A DNA stretch of 64,000 nt from Mustelus asterias (Eukaryota), in assembly GCF_964213995.1 (NCBI RefSeq), contig NC_135806.1, forward strand, positions 95,790,001-95,854,000, given 5' to 3'. Position 1 is the stretch's first letter; each line of letters starts with the position of its first letter. Of the stretch, positions 12,504 through 21,774 are shown one piece after another. A program made the position numbers and the translations under genes. The notes under the pieces are model-generated. The model saw only the letters and a program-made list of their open reading frames with translations, did not search any database and had not been told where the DNA came from.

Positions 12504-13373
12504 AAAGAGGTCAACAGGCAAAAATTGTAATCAACCATGGTATGTCTCATGGGATGAAACAAATTATAGCAGTAACAAATTGGTTAAATAAAACTGTTGG
12601 TGTATCTATTTGATTTTTTTCATTTTTATAATTTAGTTTCTATTTTATAGTGGGGAAGATGGATTTATAATTATAAGGAATTAAAGTAGAGACCAAGGGG
12701 TTCATGAAGAGGAGGGTGGCTCGAAGGCCATTGAAGCCCCGGTGGTTGGGGACATGGCTGGCATTGCCCACCTGGCAATGCCAACTGGCACCCTGAAGGT
12801 GGGGTCATGAAGAGGGTGATAAAGGGGGACCCATTGTGAGGGCCCCAATCCCCCGATGCCAGCGATCTTTGTTGGAAACTTTTTTGGAGGGTCCCAGGGA
12901 TCAATAGAATTTCCAATTGGAACTTAAAACCTCTTGAGTAATTCTCATGGAGCCTTTATGCTGGGACTTTTGACGGGTCCCATAATGAATCTTCTGGGTT
13001 ACATTTGGTCTCTGACTACCCAGAGGCCAAAATATCTGGGTTCAAATATTGTGGTAAATTTTCAATGCTGCTCAGGTGTAAAAAGTGTGTTGTGGATCAG
13101 CAATTTCTTTATAGAAATCAATGGTCTTTCATCTGATCTCAATGGAAATGAAAATGTGCAGCCAATTTGCAACACCTGAATTATGCTTTGACAGCAAGCC
13201 AGAAATTTATCTTTCTGTATCCGTTCAGGCATGCAGACTAGTTGAGGAGTTTCAATTGAATTTTCCCCTTTTTTCTTGACACATGCATGACAGAAAATTA
13301 GATTGCAATCTAGCACTAACAAAATAGGTCGATGGGGTTTTAAGCAAAAAAAAAACTTTCAGTGGGTAATGTT

Positions 13374-13580
13374 ATACCTGAACAAAGGATGATAGTTGTG
13401 TTTGCCAAAGGAAGGTCATGACTGCCTCAGTATATCATTAGAGGAGCTTCTTAACAAAGAGTCTTAGGCCCAACCTATGTAACGTCTTCATTAATAGCCT
13501 TCCCTCTGTCACAAGATTAGAATTAGAACAGTCTACTGATAATTCCACTCTGTTCAACTCCTCACATCTGCAACTTTTAC
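13374..13580 (+). mobile_element. Highly decayed RT fragment of lineage-B LINE
   Basis: GTCTTAGGCCCAACC...TTCATTAATAGCCTTCCCTC aligns with about 3400-3450. Confidence 0.55.
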
Positions 13581-14359
13581 AATGGCACATGGGCTCCCCT
13601 CTAAAACCAACGCCTAACTATCACATGGAAATAGTTGGCATCAGGCCAGAGGACCAGTAAAGTCCCCTTTAAAACACCACTCTTCCAGAACTACAGGACT
13701 CAGTGGGCCACAGCTGCATACCATCCAATAGAGGGACTTCCCCACAAATGATGGCCTGGCAGTTGTAGTTTCACTTTTCTAAAAGTTTAGATGTTCAGAT
13801 GGTACCTTCATTTCCAGACACTCCTACAGTACTCTACGTGCATCAGCAGCACTCACTTCTCCCAGTGAGGCTTTAGGCCAACCACAGTATCAGGCCTCCT
13901 GAAGAAGCCCTCCCACTTGTCCTCCTTAATGGGGAGGGGCTCCCAGAGGTAGACCACTAAGTGGCTGCCTCTGGGAAAATTATACAAGCGGATGGACTTG
14001 GACACCATTAGACCCCAACACCCACTGGAGGTTTCAGCCCTTTGGTGTTTTTGCTCTGTGGGCACTTTGAGGATTAAATGGCCACTTTCCAGACCTGAGA
14101 GACAAGTTATGGATTTTCTCGTATTACGGGTAGCCTGAGTTTTTTTTATGAATATCATAAAGGACAGTAATGTTTCCTGTTTATTCAAAACATCTCTCTG
14201 ATTTGCTCACAGGAAACAAATAGGAAAACCTTGGTCTGGAGAACATTGCTGTATTTGTTGTTTAGTGTTATTGTAAATATTACTGTAATGGCAGTGTTGT
14301 ATAATAATGATTAATTCAATTTCTAGTTGCATATGAATAGTTAGCGAAAACATTATCAA

Positions 14360-14421
14360 TTCCACTTGGTTCACTAATGTCCTTTATGGAAAGAAATCGG
14401 CCATCCTTACCTGGTCTGACC
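14360..14421 (+). mobile_element. MetaSINE-like core fragment
   Basis: TGGTTCACTAATGTCCTTTATGGAAAGAAATCGGCCATCCTTACCTGGTCTG; same core as 31240-31593. Confidence 0.65.
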
Positions 14422-15276
14422 TGTTGTATGTTATATGTTCAGCAGGTCTCAAGAAGTGGTTCTGAGACATGTATGGTTGAACATAAATCTTTATTGATTA
14501 AACATAACTATAGGATCCTCAGCCTTTCTGGGTGTGTTGGTTTTCATAGATTTTGGAAGTGTCCTAGGTGGTTGCAGTTGAAATATTGCACTGAGATTGA
14601 TGGACGTTGCTCTTGTCTGTGAGGTCATTTTGCTCCACAGTGCTATCTTGGTTGCCCATCCTCTTGTGATTGGTTTTGGTATTGCCTTCCTTGGCCTGGA
14701 GTCTATCTGACCCTTTGTTGTTTTATCAACTGGACAGTTGAGGTTGCTCTGTACCACGGCCTGATTTTGCCATATAAAATGGTGCTGTTGGTGGATTTAA
14801 GTCTGTTTGATTATTTTAATGTCCTTTTCTAGTATCAGATCTCTCTTGACCTGTAGTATGTTTGAAAAGGCATAATCAGCCTGTCTGACACCACATCTTC
14901 CCCTATTAGTTCTGTCTTAAAGTCCAGGGAGTCACAGCTTTCAGCCAATCTGTATAATTTGTTTATAAAACAGTTAACCAGTTCTCCAGGCCTTTGTACA
15001 AGTTTGTTGAATTTCACTCTCTCTAAAATGTTGTTGCTTCGTAAATTGAAAAATGTATCAAATGATTTTAGAACTTCATCAGATTTATCTGAGGATTTAT
15101 TTATTCCTTGCATCACAATAGATCGGCTATTGGACCCACTGAATAAAGTAGTGTAATTACTTGTTCAGCATCTGTTTTTTAACTAATCCTAAAGCTATCA
15201 AGCATCGTAAGAATCTTTTCTGCCAAAGTCCCCAACATTGTATTGTATTCTGCCCAAATTGGTCTGGAAATATTGA
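14422..15276 (-). mobile_element. Decayed, internally deleted Gypsy LTR-retrotransposon gag region with an LTR-like end
   Basis: WGLWQKRFLR, QVITLLYSVG, FNLRSNNILERVKFNKLVQRPGE...LYRLAESC (retrotransposon gag pattern); minus strand ends AATAAA...ACAACA. Confidence 0.7.
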
Positions 15277-16119
15277 TTTTTTAAATTCATTCTTGGGATA
15301 TGCATGTTGCTGTCTGGCCAGCATTTATTGCCCATTCCTAGATGCCCTTGAGAAGGTAGTGGTGAGCTGCCTTCTTGAATCACTGCAGTCAATGTGCTGT
15401 GGGTTGACCCACGATGCCGTTTGGGAGGGAATTCCAGGATTTTGACCCACTGACTGCGAAGGAACAATGATATATTTCCAAGTCAGGATGGTGAGTGGCT
15501 GGGAGGGGAACTTGCAGGTGGTGGTATTCCCATATATCTGCTGTCTTTGTCCTTTTACATGGAAGTGGTTTTGAGTTTGGAAGGTGCTGTCTTAGGATCT
15601 TTGGTGAATTGCTGCAGTGCATCTTGTAGATAGTACACACTGCTGCTACTGAGCATCGGTGGTGGAAGGGAGTGGATGTTTGTGGATGTGATGCCAATCA
15701 AGTGGACTGCTTTGTCCTGGATGGTGTCAAGCTTCTTGTGTTGTTGGAGCTGCACTCATCCAGGCAAGTGGAGAGTATTCCATCACACTCCTGACTTGTG
15801 CCTTGTAGATGGTGAACAGGCTTTGGGGAGTCAGAAGCTGAGTTACTTGCTGCAATATTCCTAGCCTCTGACCTACTCTTGCAGCCACTGTATTTATGTG
15901 GTGAGTTCAGTTGAGTTCATCAATGGTAACCACGGGGATGTTGACAGTTGGGGATTCAGTGATAGTAACGCCATTGAATGTCAAGGGGCGGTGGTTAGAG
16001 TATCTCATATTGGTGATGGTCATTGTCTGACATTTGTGTAGCATGAATGTTACTTGCCACTTGTCAGCCCAAGCCTGGATATTGTCCAGCTCTTTTTGCA
16101 TTTGAACATGGACTGCTCT

Positions 16120-16411
16120 GCGGCACGGTGACACAGTGGTTAGCACTGCTGTCTCGTAGTGCCAAGGACCCAGGTTCGATTCCTGGCTTAGGTTACTAAC
16201 CATGTGGAGTTTTCACATTCTCACCGTGCCTGCGTGGGTTTCCTCCCACAGTCCAATGACGTGCTGGTTAGGTTGATTGGCAACGCTAAATTGTCCCTTA
16301 GTGTGTGTCAGGGCGATGGGCAGGGTATATACGTGGGGTTACTGGGATAGGGCCTGGGTGGGATTGTTGGCGTTGCAGGCTTGATGGCACGGTTGTCATT
16401 CTATGATTCTA
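16120..16411 (+). mobile_element. HE1-type V-SINE inserted in the lineage-B LINE
   Basis: A/B boxes, partial V core, tail ATTCTATGATTCTA; the host LINE resumes on both sides. Confidence 0.88.
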
Positions 16412-16492
16412 CGATCTGAGGAGTCACGAATGGTGCTGAACATTGTGCAATCATCGGTGAACATCTCCGCTTCTGACCTTATGATGGAGGGA

Positions 16493-18440
16493 ACATAGAA
16501 CATAGAACATAGAACATAGAACATTACAGCGCAGAACAGGCCCTTCGGCCCACGATGTTGCACCGACCAGTTAAAAAAAAAACTGTGACCCTCCAACCTA
16601 AACCAATTTCTTTTCGTCCATGAACCTATCTACGGATCTCTTAAACGCCCCCAAACTAGGCGCATTTACTACTGATGCTGGCAGGGCATTCCAATCCCTC
16701 ACCACCCTCTGGGTAAAGAACCTACCCCTGACATCGGTTCTATAACTACCCCCCCTCAATTTAAAGCCATGCCCCCTCGTGCTGGATTTCTCCATCAGAG
16801 GAAAAAGGCTATCACTATCCACCCTATCTAAACCTCTAATCATCTTGTATGTTTCAATAAGATCCCCTCTTAGCCGCCGCCTTTCCAGCGAAAACAATCC
16901 CAAATCCCTCAGCCTCTCCTCATAGGATCTCCCCTCCATACCAGGCAACATCCTGGTAAACCTCCTCTGCACCCTCTCCAAAGCCTCCACATCCTTCCTG
17001 TAATGTGGGGACCAGAACTGCACACAGTACTCCAAGTGCGGCCGCACCAGAGTTGTGTACAGTTGCAACATAACGCTACGACTCCTAAATTCAATCCCCC
17101 TACCAATAAACGCCAAGACACCATATGCCTTCTTAACAACCTTATCTACTTGATTCCCAACTTTCAGGGATCTATGCACACATACACCTAGATCCCTCTG
17201 CTCCTCCACACTATTCAAAGTCCTCCCGTTAGCCCTATACTCAACACATCTGTTATTCCTACCAAAGTGAATTACCTCACACTTCTCCGCATTAAACTCC
17301 ATCCGCCACCTCTCAGCCCAACTTTGCAACCTGTCTAAGTCTTCCTGCAAACTACGACACCCTTCCTCACTGTCTACCACACCACCGACTTTGGTGTCAT
17401 CAGCAAATTTGCTAATCCACCCAACTATACCCTCATCCAGATCATTAATAAATATTACAAACAGCAGTGGCCCCAAAACAGATCCCTGAGGTACACCACT
17501 TGTAACCGCACTCCATGATGAATATTTACTATCAACCACCACCCTCTGTTTCCTATCCGCTAGCCAATTCCTGATCCAATTTCCTAGATCACCCCCAATC
17601 CCATACATCTGCATTTTCTGCAGAAGCCTACCATGGTGAACCTTATCAAACGCCTTACTAAAATCCATATATACCACGTCCACTGCCTTGCCCCCATCCA
17701 CCTCCTTGGTCGCTTTCTCAAAAAACTCAATAAGGTTAGTAAGGCACGACCTACCTGCCACAAAACCATGCTGACTATCACCTATCAATTCATTACTCTC
17801 CAAATAACTATAAATCCTATCCCTTATAATTTTTTCCAACATCTTGCCGACAACAGAAGTGAGACTCACCGGTCTATAATTCCCGGGGAAGTCTCTGTTC
17901 CCCTTCTTAAACAATGGGACAACATTCGCTAACCTCCAATCTTCTGGTACTATACCAGAGGCCAACGACGACCTGAAGATCAGAGCCAGAGGCTCTGCAA
18001 TCACTTCTCTTGCCTCCCAGAGAATCCTTGGATAAATCCCATCCGGACCAGGGGATTTATCTATTTTCAGACCCTCCAGAATATCCTGCACATCCTCCTT
18101 ATCAACTGTAATACTGTCTATTCTACTCCCTTGCAACCCAGTGTCCTCCTCAGCTATATTCATGTCCCCTTGCGTGAACACCGAAGAGAAATATTGGTTC
18201 AATGCTTCACCAATCTCCTCCGGTTCCACACATAACTTCCCTCTGCCATCTATAACTGGCCCTAAACTTGCCCTAACCAACCTTCTGTTCTTGACATACC
18301 TATAGAACGCCTTAGGATTCTCTTTAACCCTATCCGCCAAAGTCTTCTCATGTCCCCTTTTAGCCCTTCTAAGCTCGCTCTTCAACTCCCTCTTAGCCAA
18401 TCTAAAGCTTTCTAGTGCACTACCCGAGTGCTCACGTCTC
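16493..18440 (-). mobile_element. Young 5'-truncated CR1 LINE with a (GTTCTAT)n tail
   Basis: 600-aa stop-free ORF; tail reads (ACATAGA)n on plus; splits the host LINE between GATGGAGGGA and GGGTCATTGATG. Confidence 0.96.
16598..18400 (-). CDS. CR1 ORF2 fragment with the complete RT domain but no endonuclease
   Basis: KSPGPDGIYP, NYRPVSLTS, QHGF, YMDFSKAFDKV, GVPQGSVLGP, FADDTK. Confidence 0.93.
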   Translation of the reverse strand: MAKRELKSELRRAKRGHEKTLADRVKENPKAFYRYVKNRRLVRASLGPVIDGRGKLCVEPEEIGEALNQYFSSVFTQGDMNIAEEDTGLQGSRIDSITVDKEDVQDILEGLKIDKSPGPDGIYPRILWEAREVIAEPLALIFRSSLASGIVPEDWRLANVVPLFKKGNRDFPGNYRPVSLTSVVGKMLEKIIRDRIYSYLESNELIGDSQHGFVAGRSCLTNLIEFFEKATKEVDGGKAVDVVYMDFSKAFDKVHHGRLLQKMQMYGIGGDLGNWIRNWLADRKQRVVVDSKYSSWSAVTSGVPQGSVLGPLLFVIFINDLDEGIVGWISKFADDTKVGGVVDSEEGCRSLQEDLDRLQSWAERWRMEFNAEKCEVIHFGRNNRCVEYRANGRTLNSVEEQRDLGVCVHRSLKVGNQVDKVVKKAYGVLAFIGRGIEFRSRSVMLQLYTTLVRPHLEYCVQFWSPHYRKDVEALERVQRRFTRMLPGMEGRSYEERLRDLGLFSLERRRLRGDLIETYKMIRGLDRVDSDSLFPLMEKSSTRGHGFKLRGGSYRTDVRGRFFTQRVVRDWNALPASVVNAPSLGAFKRSVDRFMDEKKLV

Positions 18441-18668
18441 GGGTCATTGATGGCCTAGGTCACTACCCTGAGGGACACCTGCAGAGATGTCCTGGAGCTG
18501 AGACGACCGACCCTCCACAACCACAACCATCTTCCTATGTGTCAGGTATGACTCCAACCAGTGGAGAATTTGCCCCCTGATACCCATTGATTCCAGTTTT
18601 GCTAGGGCTCCTTGATGCCACGCTCAGTCAAATGTGGCCTTGATGTCAAGAGCTGTCACTCTCACCTC

Positions 18669-19610
18669 GATGTGGAGATGCTGGCATTGCCTGGGGTAGG
18701 CACAGTAAGAAGTCTCGCAACACCAGGTTAAAGTCCAACAGGTTTATTTGGAATCACAAGCTTTCAGCGCGCTGCTCCTTCGTCAGGTGAGTGGAAAGGT
18801 AGGTTCAAAAACACGGCATATATAGGCAAAGACACAATTGCAAGATAATTACAGATTGGAATGTGAAGAATGGTTGGAATGTGAGCCATTACAGGTAATC
18901 AAGTCTTTGCAAGTACAGACAGTGTGAGTAGAGAGAAGGATAATCACAGGGTAAAGAGGTGTGAATTGTCTCAAGCCAGGACAGTTAGTCAGATCTTGCA
19001 AGCCCACTACATGAGGTTCACATGTAGTGTGACATGAATCCAAGAATCCAGTTGAGGCCATCCTCATGCATCTTTTTGCTTTCTTGCATCTTTGTGGAAA
19101 CTTGATGCCTGTGTGTTCCCTTCCAGTCAGGAACATGTCAGCAATCAAGGGCATTCAGCCTCTGATCTTTGGGTAAGCGTCTTCCAAGGCAGCCTTCAGG
19201 ATACACGACAATGCAGAATTGCCGAGCAGAAACTAATAGCCAAGTTCCACACGCATGAGGATGGCCTCAACCGGGATCTTGGGTTCATGTCACACTACAT
19301 GTAACCCCCACCATTTGGCCTGGGCTTGCAAAATCTACTAACGGTCCTGGCCTGAGACAATTCACACCTCTTAAACCTGTGATTATCCCTTTTTCCACTT
19401 GCACTGTCTCAGCCTGCAAGACTTGATTACCTGTAAAGACTCGTATTCCAACCATTCTTCATATTCCAATATTTAATTATCTTGCAATTGTGCTTTTGCC
19501 TATACATGCCGTGTTTGTGAACCTATCTCTCCACTCACCTGATGAAGGAGCAGCTCATGATTCCAAATAAACCTGTTGGACATTAACCTGATGTTGTGAG
19601 ATTTGTTACT
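18669..19610. mobile_element. Penelope-like element with inverted pseudo-LTR arrangement and an 11-bp target-site duplication
   Basis: About 18705-19070 is the reverse complement of about 19253-19610; GIY-YIG C-terminus EQKLIAKFHTHEDGLNRDLGFMSHY at 19092-19304; ACTCTCACCTC at 18658-18668 and 19611-19621. Confidence 0.88.
18754..18790 (-). ncRNA. Minimal type-I hammerhead ribozyme motif in the Penelope pLTR (stem II partly decayed)
   Basis: Minus strand TCAC-CTGACGA-A-GGAGCAGCGCGCT-GAAA-GC-TT-GTGA: both core boxes plus a 4-bp stem I. Confidence 0.65.
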
Positions 19611-20899
19611 ACTCTCACCTCACCTCTGGCATTCAACTCTTTTGTCCATATTTGAACCATGGCTGTAATGAGGTCAGGAGCTGAGTGACCCTGGTGGAAC
19701 CCAAACTGGGTGTCACTGAGCAGGTTATTGCTGAGCAGGTGCTGCTCGATAGCACTGTTGGTGACCCCTTCCATCCATCACTTTACTGATGATCAAGAGT
19801 AGATTAATTGGGCAATAATTGGCCGGGTTGGATTTGTCCTGCTTTTTGTGTACAGGACATACCTTGGCAATTTTCCACATTGTTGGGTAGGTACAAGTAT
19901 TGTAACTGTACTGGAAGAGCTTAGCTAGGGGAGTGGCAAGTTCTGGAACACAAGTCTTCAGTACTATTGCCGGAATGTTATCAGGGCCCAATGCCGTTGC
20001 AGTATCCAGTGCCTCCAACCATGGAAGCACTGGATACTGTTGTTGTCCATAGTTGCTTTAAAGTTCAGGTAAATACAGCTTTAAATGCAAGTTATAAAGA
20101 TGACACCATAGTAACTGTTTTTCTGCGTTTTGGTAGGCTGCTGAGGAGATGATGGTCCCAAACTCTTTGACTAAATTTCTGCATTAAACTAAAAGCAATC
20201 AACTGTGCTTTCTCTATGACATCAGAAGACTTTGGGGTATTTTGCAGTGGATTTCCAGCTTTGGCGGGAGTTTTTAAACATTGCAGTGTGTTTTCAGTTT
20301 TTTTCTTTCTTACAACGAGCTTGGCCACCATGCGGTGTGATGCTGTTTCTGAATCTGGGCTGAGTGCAGTTCTTTCAGAATCAGGCTGCTGTGTTCAATC
20401 TTCTTGAACCAACAAGTGGTAAAAGTTTACTTGACCTCACCCTCACCATTCTACCGGTTGCAGATGAATTGATAGGAGTGACCATGGGCAATGTGCTGGG
20501 TGGATTGTGACATATCCAAATACAACTGAATCGTTAATGCCACCAACTGAACTTTTACTAACAAAGGGATTTCTTCTGCCTGGACCTTCACAAGTTTTCT
20601 GTTGTAATGGTCACACAACTTCAATGCTGGCCAGTTCAATTGCAATCCTCCCTCAGAAAGATTGCTTGCAGGAATTTCAGTTTTTAAGCAGGGCTTTCTG
20701 CCCATTAGCCATAGCACCTCAAGTGATGAGGGTTTTCCGACATCAAAGCTGCCTCTGTCATGTGATCTAGTAGCAAGCCCACCTCTCACATTTTCACGAG
20801 CTTACCACCATGTGATCAGGTTCAGGTGGCCACATTCATCCTGTGCCAGGTTCCCTACTTCTTCTGGGCCTGCTGATGAACTCAGCGACAATGTGACAA

Positions 20900-21075
20900 A
20901 ATCCAGCCAAATGCCTTCAATCTTCCCAATATTCAATTGAAGTGAACTTCCACTCATCCAAATTTGCATTTCAAATAAGCAGTGTGGTAATTTAGCAACA
21001 GTGGAGGAGTCAAGAGAGGTGGTGGTGTGATAGAGCTGTAAGTTGTCAGGGTACATGTGAAAACTAATGTAAAAG
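20900..21075 (-). mobile_element. L2 LINE RT fragment
   Basis: SFHMYPDNLQLY...WMSGSSLQLNIGKIE corresponds to L2 FHxYADDTQLY...WMxxNFLxLNxxKTE. Confidence 0.75.
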
Positions 21076-21759
21076 AGAATCATAAAAAATACTTAATATC
21101 AGTTGCACCATCATCGGGTGATTTTGCGTCATGCTGTACTTACACTTTTGGGTATAGATCTCAACCCCATTATTTGCTTAAATCCATGAAATTTACATAA
21201 GTTAATCTTTTGCATGGAAAACTGAGCGACAGAAATGAAAACAGAATTTCAGCTTAGACCTATTATTCTAAATTTGCATGGCAGTAAATACAAGCAAACA
21301 GATGTAATAGTCAGCAGTTTTAACAAAACTGGTAAATGGAGAACACAGAAAGGTGATAAAAGTATCTTGGTTGGGGAAAATGTATACCTGCCTTGTACTC
21401 AAAGGGGGAGCTAGAGAAACATTTTCAACAACCAATAATGGATTTTAAATCTGCTCTATCCACAATGCATGGGTAATTACATAAGAGTAAATATTAATGG
21501 TCCAGTAGCAAAAGCAGAAAGATTTGACTTCTAGAACTGCCTGTCAAGTGAGTCCACCTACCACTGGGCACATTATATCTGTTTGCTGCTGAGCTGCAAT
21601 TACTGGAGCATTGCCATCTCCTGCAGAAGGGAAAACTGACATGTTGTAGCTTACCTATGTGCAAATGCACCTCCTATCAGTTTATTATGGGTCAGTAGGG
21701 ACAGCTGTCTTAGAGAATACTATAACCCAGGCCTTCTCTTTTCCTCTCTCACTCCACAG

Positions 21760-21774
21760 TGTGTCACTGGTGTG
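21760..21774 (+). other. Candidate 15-nt microexon of an unidentified host gene
   Basis: CCTTCTCTTTTCCTCTCTCACTCCACAG|TGTGTCACTGGTGTG|GTGGGT; frame-preserving, no internal stop in any frame, in a repeat-poor region. Confidence 0.35.

Larger units (their letters stand above)
15277..20017 (-). mobile_element. Lineage-B CR1-group LINE interrupted by a SINE, a CR1 and a Penelope element
   Basis: Collinear pieces GPDNIPAIVLKTC...WKIAKVCPVHKKQDKSNPANY, QFGFHQGHS, MFTDDC, ELDNIQAWADKWQVTF, and the 3' tail at 15277. Confidence 0.88.

Noticed and set aside
20250-20410. 5' LTR and primer-binding site of the Gypsy element
   Set aside because: No similarity to the LTR-like end at 14422 and only a partial TGGTG PBS-like match
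21562-21620. Possible 59-nt minus-strand exon (TTTTCCCTTCTGCAG acceptor, GTAGGT donor)
   Set aside because: Not frame-preserving, the peptides are unrecognisable and no partner exons are seen; cannot be excluded without RNA data and would compete with the plus-strand microexon hypothesis
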